Part shown: piece after piece, positions 9,598-18,665 of the stretch
Position numbering within the stretch: the first letter of the stretch is position 1
Layout: every line of letters starts with the position of its first letter
Source: Thermoplasmatota archaeon
GTDB lineage: Archaea; Thermoplasmatota; E2; JACPAO01; JAHFTW01
DNA length: 64,000 nucleotides
NCBI GenBank assembly: GCA_038046785.1
Contig: JBBSVM010000002.1
Location: 125,196 to 189,195, forward strand
Direction: 5' to 3'
The notes under the pieces: model-generated
What the model was told of the DNA's origin: nothing
The model's database searches: none
Seen by the model: the letters and a program-made list of their open reading frames with translations, nothing else
Position numbers and translations under genes: made by a program

Positions 9598-10167
9598 ATG
9601 GACTTGCCGCCGCGCACCGGTTCCGCCATCGGGCCGACCATTCATCCCACCGCGGTGTTGGCGCCGGGCGCCGTCATCATCGGGCAGGTCACCATCGAGG
9701 CGGAGTGCTTCATTGGACCCAACGCTGTCCTGCGCGGCGACATTGAGCCCATCACCATCCGGCGCGGCAGCAACATTCAGGACAACTGCACTGTCCACAC
9801 CGAACGCGGCCACCCGGTCACCATCGGTCCCGACGCCTCCGTCGGCCACGGCGCGGTCGTGCATGGCGCCACCGTTGGAGAGCGCGCTCTTGTGGGCATG
9901 AATGCGGTCATCCTCAACGGCGCCGTGCTCGGGGAGCGCTCCGTCGTGGGTGCCCTCACCCTGGTTCCCAACGGTTTCACGGTGCCGCCGCGCAGCCTCG
10001 CCGTCGGCTCTCCCTGCCGCATCGCCAAGCAGGACAACGAGGCGGTCGCACAGATGGCGTTCATGAACACGGAGCGCTACCATCGCTACCGGCTCGAGCA
10101 CCTTGCAGGGCAATGGACAACCGTCGTGGGGCCGCAGAACGACAACGGCCGCTTCGGTGCGAAGTGA
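9598..10167 (+). CDS. Gamma-carbonic anhydrase family protein
   Basis: Hexapeptide repeats, LRGD, SNIQDNCTVH, VGHGAVVHG. Confidence 0.92.
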   Translation: MDLPPRTGSAIGPTIHPTAVLAPGAVIIGQVTIEAECFIGPNAVLRGDIEPITIRRGSNIQDNCTVHTERGHPVTIGPDASVGHGAVVHGATVGERALVGMNAVILNGAVLGERSVVGALTLVPNGFTVPPRSLAVGSPCRIAKQDNEAVAQMAFMNTERYHRYRLEHLAGQWTTVVGPQNDNGRFGAK

Positions 10168-11384
10168 CCGTCCTCCAGCCCTTCCGCGCCATCCGGTTCG
10201 CGCCCGGCACGGACCTCGCGTCCATCACCACGCCGCCGCACGACTGCTTCACCCTCGCCGAACGTGACGCGTTCCTTGCTCGCCACCCGCACAACGTCGC
10301 TCGCCTGGTGCGCGGCGCCGAACTGCCCGGCGACGGCGAAGGGCCCGGCCCTCCCAGTTGGCACGCCCGCGCCGCCGACACGCTGCGCGGATGGCTGGCG
10401 GACAGAACGCTGCGCCAAGACGCGAGCCCGGCGCTCTATCTCTACACCATCACGCACGGACCTGTGGACAGGCGCCGCACCCTCACCGCGCTCATCGGCC
10501 GCATCGCCGTGGACCCCAGCGGCGTGCGCGTCAAACCGCACGAGGCGACCCTGCTGCGGCCACGCAAGGACCGGCTGCGGCTGCGCGAGGCGACCGGCTG
10601 CGACTTGGAGCCCATCTGGATGCTCTACCGTGACCCGCGCGGCTGGATCAACGAGATTGCCACCTCCAACGCCATCGACGAGCTGGCACGCTTCACCGAC
10701 GACGAGGGTCGCGAGCATCGGCTCTGGCGCGTCGAGCGGCCCGAGGCAGTCGGGGAACTTGTGGCCCAATTCGAGGAACGCACGCTCGTCATCGCCGATG
10801 GCCACCATCGCTACCAGACGGCACTTGAGGATGCCAAGCGCGACCCGCGCCGCGGCGCCATTCTGACGATGCTGGTGCGCGACGACGACCCAGGCCTCGC
10901 CATCGAGGCGACGCACCGGCTCGTCGCAGCGCTGCCCTTTGACGCGGCGAGCATCTTCCAACAGCTTCCCGCTTGGGAGGTTCACCCTGTCGCCGACCCT
11001 CTTGCAGGGCTTGCTGCGCTTTCACCCGACGGTCGCGAGGTCGTCCTGGTCACGCGGGCGGGCGCGTGGCGGCTTCGCCTGCGCCCGGAGGCAGAGTTGG
11101 CGCGCGGCCTGGGCCGGCTCGATACGTTGGCGGTGAGCCGCGTCCAGGAGCGTGTTCTTGCGCCGTGGGGTTTGCTTGCGGGCGACGAGCGGGTACGTTT
11201 CACGCGCGATGCGGCCGAGGCGGTCGCGGCGGTCCGCTCGGGGCAAGCCGCCGCAGCGTTCCTCATGCCTCCGGAGTCCCCCGCTGCCGTCCTCGACGTC
11301 GCCGCGTCGGGCCAGCTCATGCCACCCAAGGCGACCTACTTCGTCCCCAAGCCACGCAGCGGCGTCGTGATGGCACCCGCCTGA
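10164..11384 (+). CDS. DUF1015 family protein
   Basis: PFRAIR, PPHD, PHEAT, IADGHHRY, MPPKATYFVPKPRSG. Confidence 0.9.
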   Translation: MTVLQPFRAIRFAPGTDLASITTPPHDCFTLAERDAFLARHPHNVARLVRGAELPGDGEGPGPPSWHARAADTLRGWLADRTLRQDASPALYLYTITHGPVDRRRTLTALIGRIAVDPSGVRVKPHEATLLRPRKDRLRLREATGCDLEPIWMLYRDPRGWINEIATSNAIDELARFTDDEGREHRLWRVERPEAVGELVAQFEERTLVIADGHHRYQTALEDAKRDPRRGAILTMLVRDDDPGLAIEATHRLVAALPFDAASIFQQLPAWEVHPVADPLAGLAALSPDGREVVLVTRAGAWRLRLRPEAELARGLGRLDTLAVSRVQERVLAPWGLLAGDERVRFTRDAAEAVAAVRSGQAAAAFLMPPESPAAVLDVAASGQLMPPKATYFVPKPRSGVVMAPA

Positions 11385-11385
11385 A

Positions 11386-12312
11386 TCAGAACGGGAAGGG
11401 GTCGCCGTTCACGAACGACCAGCCTTCGGGCGGCTTGGCGTTGTAGAAATCGGTCTTGATGAGTTCGAATTTCTGCTGGATGCCGATGCCAAGGCCCTCT
11501 GAACTGGAGAGACTGCCAAGCATGGTGAGGTCCGCTTGGCCGTTGGGGTCCACCATGGGGAAATCGCCCTGCTGCGTTTCGTGCTCGACGCCGGTCTCCA
11601 CGCGCAGGATGACGGGGCTCGGCCCGTCAACCTGGGCGTACCAGTCGGACGCGGTGCGCATCTCGAAGCTCAGCAGGATGCCCATCTGGTCGGCGGTCCC
11701 CTGCGTGATGGGCTCAAACGTCAGCTCCAGAACGATGGTCTCCCATCCGGCGTCCACGGTGGTCGGGAAGGCGCGCTGGTCGCCCTGGACCTCGCGCAAC
11801 TCGTTGGCACAGCCGCCGGGACAGATGGGGAGAATGCTGGTGTAGTCGGTGACGCACGGAGCGGTCAGGAGGACCGCCTGGTAGCCACAGGCGATGTAGC
11901 CGACAAACTTCTGTTGCGTGTGGAAGGGTGTCGCCGTGAACTTGGCTTCCATCTGCAGTTTGGTGACGGGGGGCTCGTTAACGTTGGCGACCACCTCGAC
12001 ACTGGTCTGGGCGTCCTCATAGAGCAGGTGGGTGGACTTCAGCAAGTAGGTGCCGGGCTCCAATCCCTCGACAAGGAAGCGGCCCTGCGCGTCGGTCTCG
12101 ACGTCGTTCTTCGTGGCACCGGAGATGGAGACCAGCGCCTTGGCGATGGGGGTGATGGTGGTGTCCACGACGACGCCGCGGATGATGCCGGTCGTGGCGG
12201 TCGCCTCGCCATCGAAATCCTCGAAGTCGGCCGTCTCGGACGGCAGGGTCGCATCGTTGGCCGCCGCGCATCCGGCCAGGAGCATCAGTGTCGCCACCAG
12301 GAGTCCACGCAT
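11386..12312 (-). CDS. Lipoprotein with carboxypeptidase-regulatory-like (CarboxypepD_reg) domain, array copy 4
   Basis: LAGC lipobox; GIIRGVVVD...TDAQGRF..GLEPGTY; C-terminal FYN..PPEGWSF. Confidence 0.8.
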   Translation of the reverse strand: MRGLLVATLMLLAGCAAANDATLPSETADFEDFDGEATATTGIIRGVVVDTTITPIAKALVSISGATKNDVETDAQGRFLVEGLEPGTYLLKSTHLLYEDAQTSVEVVANVNEPPVTKLQMEAKFTATPFHTQQKFVGYIACGYQAVLLTAPCVTDYTSILPICPGGCANELREVQGDQRAFPTTVDAGWETIVLELTFEPITQGTADQMGILLSFEMRTASDWYAQVDGPSPVILRVETGVEHETQQGDFPMVDPNGQADLTMLGSLSSSEGLGIGIQQKFELIKTDFYNAKPPEGWSFVNGDPFPF

Positions 12313-12330
12313 ACCCGCTCACTCCCCGAG

Positions 12331-12350
12331 GGGCCGATAAGTCTTGCGGG
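12331..12350 (-). promoter_or_regulatory. BRE-TATA promoter (CCCGCAAGACTTAT); equivalents at about 13391-13410, 14431-14446 and 15400-15414
   Basis: CGCAA-N3-TTAT/TTTA sits 25-26 nt upstream of each of the four array start codons. Confidence 0.7.
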
Positions 12351-12387
12351 CGCTTGGACGAAATCAGAACGGCTGCTCGTTGCCGGC

Positions 12388-13371
12388 TCAGAACGGTCGT
12401 TCGTCGCCGGCGACGAATGACCAGCCCTCGGCGGGGAGGCCGTAGTAGAACTGGTGGATGATGACCTCGAACTTCTGGTTCAGCGCGATGGCGGGGACCG
12501 GGAAATTGTCCTGGCGCACCGAGACGAAGTAGCTGACCCGCTCCATGCCATCGGCCGGGATGACTTCGAGGGTATCCTCGGGCGCACCTTCATCGGTGGT
12601 CTGGCCAGTCTCATGCGGCACGCCGGTGTCGAGTTGGAAGCGCATGGGGTTACCGCTGTTGACGCTGGCGAAGAAGTGGGCCCCGTCGCGCTGTGACTTC
12701 TCCCAACTGACCGACATGCCAAGGTTCCGCGAGGTGCCGTCGCTGGTGGGCGTCCAGGTCATCTCGAAGACGATCTGCTGCCAGCCGGGGCCCACGGCCA
12801 TGTGCCATTCGCGATTCTGGCTGGTGACGTTGTCGAGCGGCTGCGTGTTGGCGCAGACATCCGGGGGTCCGTAGAGCTTGCACCAGTTCACGATGCAGTT
12901 GCTGGAGCTGTAGAGGCCGGGCGTGGCGCCCGCTTGGCTGCATTCGAAGAAGCCGGTCTGCTTGATGGGGACCGAGTAGGGTTTCTGGTCGAAGAGCGGT
13001 TCGAGTTGGACTTTGGTGATGGGTGGGTCGCTGACGCCGGCTACCACCTCGACCGTGGTCTGGGATTCGTGGTGGAATGCGGCGCTCGCCTTTACCAAGT
13101 AGGTGCCGGGGGCGAGGGAATCAACGAGGAAGCGGCCCTGGTCGTCGGTGGTGATCTCCGCCTTGCTTTCCCCGTTCACGACGACGGTCGCCTTCGCGAT
13201 CGGGGTGATGGTGGTGTCCACCACGACGCCGCGAATCAGGCCTGTCGTCGCGGTCGCCTCGCCTCCCAAGTCATCGAAATTGGTGAGCGAAGAGGGCAGC
13301 GCCTCTTCGTCGCTGGCAGCGCAACCAGCAAGCGTCATCAGGACCACCAGACCGATGCTCAGCAAGCGCAC
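12388..13371 (-). CDS. Lipoprotein with CarboxypepD_reg-like domain, array copy 3
   Basis: LAGC lipobox; same domain; C-terminal FYYGLPAEGWSF. Confidence 0.8.
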   Translation of the reverse strand: MRLLSIGLVVLMTLAGCAASDEEALPSSLTNFDDLGGEATATTGLIRGVVVDTTITPIAKATVVVNGESKAEITTDDQGRFLVDSLAPGTYLVKASAAFHHESQTTVEVVAGVSDPPITKVQLEPLFDQKPYSVPIKQTGFFECSQAGATPGLYSSSNCIVNWCKLYGPPDVCANTQPLDNVTSQNREWHMAVGPGWQQIVFEMTWTPTSDGTSRNLGMSVSWEKSQRDGAHFFASVNSGNPMRFQLDTGVPHETGQTTDEGAPEDTLEVIPADGMERVSYFVSVRQDNFPVPAIALNQKFEVIIHQFYYGLPAEGWSFVAGDERPF

Positions 13372-13412
13372 AGCGCAGCATCCCGGCTCGGGCCGATAAG
13401 GGTTGCGGGGGC

Positions 13413-14408
13413 TCAGAACGGCCGCTCGTCGCCGGCGACGAACGACCAGCCTTCGCGCGGGAGGCCGTAATAGAACTGGTGGATGATGACCTCGAAGTCC
13501 TGATTGATGGCGATGCCAGGCGTGCAGAGGAATTCATCCACGGCGCAGGTGGGAGCATTGCCGTCCTTGCGCGCCGAGACGAAGTAGCTCACCTGGCTCA
13601 GCCCTTCGGCGGGGATGAGGTCGGGCTCCAGGTCCGCCGTCGAGGATTCGTGGTCCACGCCGACGTCGAGCTGGAACCGCATCGGGTTGGCGCTGGAGTA
13701 GCTCGCAAAGTTGTGCGACGGGTCGCGCAGCGGCTTGAAGGTGCTCACGACCATGCCCATCCAGGCGGAGGTTCCCTGCGCCGTGGGGGTCCAGGTCATC
13801 TCGAACACCATCTGTTGCCAGCCGGGGCCCACGTCCATGTGCCATTCGCGGTTCTGGCTGGTGAGGTTGTCCATTGCCTTGGTGGGCAGGTCGTTGCATT
13901 GGGCCGGGTCCAAAACGATTGGGCAGTGGTCGGTGACGCAGTTCGAGGAGGCGTAGACGCCAGCACCCGCTTGGCTGCACTCGAAGTAGCCGGTCTGTTT
14001 GATGGGGACCGAGTAGGGTTTCTGGTCGAAGAGTGGTTCGAGTTGGACTTTGGTGATGGGTGGGTCGCTGACGCCCGCCACCACCTCGACGGTGGTCTGC
14101 GAATCGAAGTGGAACGGCGCCGTTGCCTTCACGAGGTACGTTCCCGGCTCCAGACCTTCGACGAGGAAGCGCCCTTGGTCGTCCGTGACTTTCTCTGCCT
14201 TGGTCGCCCCGTTCACCGTGACGGTCGCTTTCGCGATGGGGGTGATGGTGGTGTCCACGACGACGCCGCGGATGATGCCTGTCGTCGCCGTCGCCTCGCC
14301 TTCCAGGTCGTCGAAGTTGGTGAGCGAGGAGGGGAGCGCCTCTTCGTCGGAGGCGGCGCAGCCGGCCAACGTGAGCAGGGCAACAAGTCCGAGAGGAAGG
14401 AGACGCAT
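13413..14408 (-). CDS. Lipoprotein with CarboxypepD_reg-like domain, array copy 2
   Basis: LAGC lipobox; nearly identical to copy 3 at both ends; start 14408 is supported by TATA spacing. Confidence 0.8.
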   Translation of the reverse strand: MRLLPLGLVALLTLAGCAASDEEALPSSLTNFDDLEGEATATTGIIRGVVVDTTITPIAKATVTVNGATKAEKVTDDQGRFLVEGLEPGTYLVKATAPFHFDSQTTVEVVAGVSDPPITKVQLEPLFDQKPYSVPIKQTGYFECSQAGAGVYASSNCVTDHCPIVLDPAQCNDLPTKAMDNLTSQNREWHMDVGPGWQQMVFEMTWTPTAQGTSAWMGMVVSTFKPLRDPSHNFASYSSANPMRFQLDVGVDHESSTADLEPDLIPAEGLSQVSYFVSARKDGNAPTCAVDEFLCTPGIAINQDFEVIIHQFYYGLPREGWSFVAGDERPF

Positions 14409-14472
14409 GCGTCGCCACTTCCCACCTGGAGCATAACGGTTGCGGCCGCTTGGGCGAAACCTCACCCGGTCG

Positions 14473-15375
14473 TCACAGGGGGTAGTCGTCCTTCGTGGCG
14501 AACGTCCACCCCTCGGGGGGGTTGTAGTTGTAGAAGAGGCTGGTCACGATGGTGAAGCGGAAGTTCTGCACCACCTGGGGGTCGCCGAACGGCAGGAAGC
14601 CGCGCACCGCGACATCAACATCCGACGGGAAGCTGGCGTCGTCGGCCGACTCCTTGTCTTTGCGCGCGAACGTCGGGCTTCCCATCTCATCGACGCCAAG
14701 CCAGTCGTCGCTGCAGTCGCAAGCGTTGTCGATGGGGGTGTGGCTCACGGTGATCATCATGGCGGTCACGGAGGGGTCGTCCCAGTACGCTTCCTGGATG
14801 ATGGTCTGAACGCCGGAGCTGACGAAGAGGAACTGCGTGTTCTGTCCCGCCTGGACGTTGCGCGGCAGCGGGTAGCCGGGGACGGTGCCGTTGAAGCCGT
14901 CGTAGGCGGTGCGCACGAGGAAATCACACTGGTCCACGATGAAAGGGGCGCCGAACGCGCACTCGTAGAAGCCTTCGAACTTGATGGACTGCGCGAAGGG
15001 ATCGGCGCCCGGGATGCGGGCCACCTGGATGCGCACGACCGGGGGCTCGGCAACCCCCGCCACCACTTCGGTGCTGGCTTGACTCGACTCGTAGCCCGGC
15101 TTCTCGACGCGCAGGAAGTACTGGCCCGGCTTGAGGCCGGTGAAGTTGAACTGTCCGGAGTCGTCGGTCTTCGTCGTCTTCTCCTTGGAGATGCTGACGA
15201 TGGCGCCGAGAACCGGGGTGATGGAGAGGTCCACCACGACGCCGCGGATGCCGCCGGTGTCGGAAGTGACGCCCTCGAGCCGGTCGGCGTCCACGACCGG
15301 TTCGTCGTTGGTGCCGTTGGCGCAGCCGGACAGAATCGCTGCGAGGAAGAGGGCCGCCACACCGAGTTTCAGCAT
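14473..15375 (-). CDS. Lipoprotein with CarboxypepD_reg-like domain, array copy 1
   Basis: LSGC lipobox; GGIRGVVVD...TDDSGQF..GLKPGQY; C-terminal FYNYNPPEGWTF. Confidence 0.8.
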   Translation of the reverse strand: MLKLGVAALFLAAILSGCANGTNDEPVVDADRLEGVTSDTGGIRGVVVDLSITPVLGAIVSISKEKTTKTDDSGQFNFTGLKPGQYFLRVEKPGYESSQASTEVVAGVAEPPVVRIQVARIPGADPFAQSIKFEGFYECAFGAPFIVDQCDFLVRTAYDGFNGTVPGYPLPRNVQAGQNTQFLFVSSGVQTIIQEAYWDDPSVTAMMITVSHTPIDNACDCSDDWLGVDEMGSPTFARKDKESADDASFPSDVDVAVRGFLPFGDPQVVQNFRFTIVTSLFYNYNPPEGWTFATKDDYPL

Positions 15376-15449
15376 GCCTCTTCCAGGAACGGTCCGGCTC
15401 TAAACGTTTGCGGGCGACGAAGCCATCTGCGCAGTCGGTTCCGCTGTCG

Positions 15450-15917
15450 CTACGCCAGGACGCTGGTGCAGTGCGGGCAGCGCCGCGCCGCGCGGGGAAT
15501 CTCCGTCGTGCACTCGGGGCAGGGCCGGCTGTTCGCGGCCGGAACCGGGGGAGGCGGCGGCGTCTTGCGCTTCAGGCGGTTGATCTGCTTGATGAGGAAG
15601 AAGATGGCGAAGGCGACGATGAGAAACTCCAGGATGACGTTGAGGAAGGCGCCGTAGTTCCAGGTGATGGCGCCGTTTGCTTTCGCCTCGGCGAGCGTTC
15701 CGGTGCCGTTGCCGCGGAAAGTCACGAACAGATTGGTGAAGTCCACGTTCCCAAGCAGGACCGAAATGGGCGGCATGATGATGTCCGCCACCAGGCTTGT
15801 GACGATTTTGCCAAACGAGGCACCGATGATGACACCGACCGCCAGGTCCACGACGCTCCCACGCATGGCAAACTCCTGGAATTCGCGCAGAACCTTCACG
15901 CCCAAGCCATCGAGCAT
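15450..15917 (-). CDS. mscL: Large-conductance mechanosensitive channel with C-terminal double-CxxC tail
   Basis: [37 protein letters not shown]...FLIVAFAIF; CPEC/CPHC tail. Confidence 0.95.
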   Translation of the reverse strand: MLDGLGVKVLREFQEFAMRGSVVDLAVGVIIGASFGKIVTSLVADIIMPPISVLLGNVDFTNLFVTFRGNGTGTLAEAKANGAITWNYGAFLNVILEFLIVAFAIFFLIKQINRLKRKTPPPPPVPAANSRPCPECTTEIPRAARRCPHCTSVLA

Positions 15918-15971
15918 TGCAGCATAATCCCTGGGGTCACCTTTACGAACGGCCCCGGCTGGCCCTTGGCC

Positions 15972-16481
15972 ATGAGCCGAGAAGACCCCGCCCCCGCACC
16001 GGAGCCAGCAGCGTCCAGCCCTGTCGCGCCGGCGCCTTCAGAGGCCGAAGCGCAGGTGGCTCAACTCAAGGAAACCATTGCCCGCGCCCGCGCCGACTAC
16101 GACAACCTGCAGAAACGGGTGGCACGCGACGCCGCAGCGGAGCGCGAACGCTCCCAGGCGCGCGTCCTCGAAGGCTTCCTTCCGGTCTTTGAGCTGGCGC
16201 AGATGGCGGCGCACCAGGCAGAGCTACACCCTGGACCCGTCTCCGAGGGCGTCGTGCTGATGGCGCGGGAGTTCTCCCGTCTCCTTGAGCGCGAAGGGCT
16301 GGTTGCGACCGGCGCCGTCGGCGAGCCGTTCAACGCGACGCGGCACGAGGCCGTGGGTGAGGAAACGGCGGACAACGTGGCGCCCGGCGCCGTCAGCCGC
16401 GTTGTCCTTCAGGGCTACCTGCTCGGGAATCGGGTCCTGCGTTTTGCCAAGGTAACGGTGCAGCCCAAGCCTGCCGCGTGA
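15972..16481 (+). CDS. grpE: Nucleotide exchange factor GrpE
   Basis: [44 protein letters not shown]. Confidence 0.92.
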   Translation: MSREDPAPAPEPAASSPVAPAPSEAEAQVAQLKETIARARADYDNLQKRVARDAAAERERSQARVLEGFLPVFELAQMAAHQAELHPGPVSEGVVLMAREFSRLLEREGLVATGAVGEPFNATRHEAVGEETADNVAPGAVSRVVLQGYLLGNRVLRFAKVTVQPKPAA

Positions 16482-16490
16482 GCGAGCGGC

Positions 16491-16961
16491 TCAGAGCGTG
16501 ACCATGAGGGCGCCGGCGACCAGCATCGAAACCAGGTTGTAGCCAGCGTTCACGGCGGCGTACGCTTTGGAGCGGCCCTCGAAGGCGACCTGGACGAAGT
16601 TGTGCGGCAGCATGAAGCCGAGCCAGACGAAGAAGCCGCCCGTGAGGCCGTCCATCAAGGTCAGTTTGTAGCCAGCCTGGCCGCCCGTTGCAACGTTGGA
16701 GTAGGAATCGCCGTAGGCCCAGAACGTGTGCGAGAGAATGAAGAACGTGAGGAACGAGCCGATGGCCATCATGATGTAGCCGGGGATGGCCTTCTTCGGG
16801 TCCGGCTTGTAGTCGGCGGGGAATTTCCACTCGCGCATGAAGATGCGGCCGGTCGGCGTCTTCGGCATGTACCAGATGGAGCCAATCACCATGTTGGCGA
16901 CGACGGCGATGGCGATGGCGAGCCAGTTGATTCCGCTGAAACTGAACGTGGTCGGGTCCAT
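16491..16961 (-). CDS. DUF1761 family membrane protein
   Basis: INWLAI......IG.IWY.P, W.GF, FEGR.......NAGY. Confidence 0.8.
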   Translation of the reverse strand: MDPTTFSFSGINWLAIAIAVVANMVIGSIWYMPKTPTGRIFMREWKFPADYKPDPKKAIPGYIMMAIGSFLTFFILSHTFWAYGDSYSNVATGGQAGYKLTLMDGLTGGFFVWLGFMLPHNFVQVAFEGRSKAYAAVNAGYNLVSMLVAGALMVTL

Positions 16962-17372
16962 GGTGTCACATTGCCCACAAAGGGGCAGCCGCCAGCCGTT
17001 CTCCGACTATTCAAGCGGTCGTTTTCGTTTTCCCGCAAGCCAAACCTCTTCAGGAGAGCGAGCCAATCATCTGGTTGCCCTGCTGCGCAAGCAACGGGGA
17101 AGGACAACGGGCACCCGCCCGCTGGCCCTTCACCACCCAGGAGAGGACGGCGGTCAACTCCGTCCCAGCGCTCCCAGACGACAGTCTCTCTGCGCCAAGT
17201 GAACCGAAGGCCAAGCCACCTCGGCTTGGATTGGGGAAAAACCTGGATGCCCGGCCCGTGTGGTCGGAAGCGAACGCTGTGAAGCTGTGGAGACTGCCTC
17301 CGACCGCAGGGGCTTCTCCACGTTTGAGCGATGCGACCCGAGATTTTATCCGCCCAGGCACACTTTTTGGTC

Positions 17373-18626
17373 ATGGTGGTTTCATTGTCCCTGCAAAGCC
17401 TGCTTGTCGCGTCCCTTCTGTCCTTGGTCCTGATGGCTCCTGTCGTCCAGGCGGGCACGGAGCAGAACCCGGAAGTCACCGATGCCACCGACGACTCGGA
17501 CAATCCGATTCCCGGCGATGACTTGGGCTCCTTCTGGATTGACGATGTCCTTGGCGCCACCTCAGAGGGCGCCCCGGCCCTGGTTTTCCGTTTGAAGGTC
17601 GGCGGGGATTTCAACCACCGGCCCGCGCTCTTCGCCTTGAGTGAACGCTTCCGCGTCTCGTTTGTCGGACCTGCGACGGCCATGCAAGGCGCCGCCGAAC
17701 TCTACGTCCATTTCTCGCCGTCGAACCCAAACACGGGCCCGAATGCTACCCCGAACCCGATGCAGGAAAGTGTGTCCTGCCGTCTTGGAAGAGCTGCAGC
17801 AGCGGGGGCTTCTGCCCCGATTGCCGAAGAGATTACGCTTGAGTCGGTTTTCGTGGCCGACCCGAACTTCGGCTGTCTGGTTCCTTTGGAAATTCTTGGA
17901 GTGGTCGGCGGCGACAAGCTCACCGGTTTCGTTGGAAAGCAGCAGCTCGTCACCCGCGGTCCGCTCAGCGGTGCACCTCCGCAGGGCGGCGACAACATTC
18001 CGCCCACCGTCCTCGCCACGTTCGACACCGCACCAGACACCGGGGCTGGGCGCGACTTCGTCGTCCCCGGCGGGGCGGCGCCCACTGGCAACCCGACCTC
18101 CTTCGTTCTCCTGACCGGCAATGCGGTCGGCAACACGACGAGCTACGCGACGGCAACGACACAGGCGGTTCAATTCAACTGGACGACGACACTCGAGGCC
18201 GCCGACATCCGGCTCGCGGCGACGCTGTCCAACGGGACGGTCTCCTTTGTCGTCCTCGATGCGGCCGGCGCCACCTTGGCGCGCCAGGTCTTCGCGGCCA
18301 CAGGCAACGTGACCGTGAACGCCCGCGATGCCGCGCCGGGCGCATGGCGCATCCTCGTCAACGCCACCGCGTTCCAGGGCGAAGCGGCATTCACGATTGC
18401 GGCTCCGGCAGCCACCTCGCCATCCAGTTCTTCTTCAGGCGCACCCGCGTCCTCCAGCAACGCGGCAAGTGCCGCGGCGAGCTCTTCAGAATCCGCCGTC
18501 CCAGACGGCGGGACGGGATCGTCTTCAGGTTCCCGTTCGTCAGAAAAGGGAACGCCCGGCATCGGCATCCTTGCGCTCCTGGCCGGAGTCGCTCTCGCGG
18601 TGGTCGTCCGCCGCCGTATTTCCTGA
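17373..18626 (+). CDS. Secreted cell-surface protein with PGF-CTERM-like anchor
   Basis: Signal peptide; PEVTDATDD N-terminus; Ser-rich linker; KGTPGI + TM helix + RRR. Confidence 0.75.
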   Translation: MVVSLSLQSLLVASLLSLVLMAPVVQAGTEQNPEVTDATDDSDNPIPGDDLGSFWIDDVLGATSEGAPALVFRLKVGGDFNHRPALFALSERFRVSFVGPATAMQGAAELYVHFSPSNPNTGPNATPNPMQESVSCRLGRAAAAGASAPIAEEITLESVFVADPNFGCLVPLEILGVVGGDKLTGFVGKQQLVTRGPLSGAPPQGGDNIPPTVLATFDTAPDTGAGRDFVVPGGAAPTGNPTSFVLLTGNAVGNTTSYATATTQAVQFNWTTTLEAADIRLAATLSNGTVSFVVLDAAGATLARQVFAATGNVTVNARDAAPGAWRILVNATAFQGEAAFTIAAPAATSPSSSSSGAPASSSNAASAAASSSESAVPDGGTGSSSGSRSSEKGTPGIGILALLAGVALAVVVRRRIS

Positions 18627-18665
18627 GCAAGAAGTTTCATCAAGCAAGGCACGTCTTGCGACGCG

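Noticed and set aside
11386-15375. Lipoprotein array as a diversity-generating retroelement or shufflon
   Set aside because: No reverse transcriptase, recombinase or non-coding template repeat is present; the differences include indels and are not obviously adenine-specific
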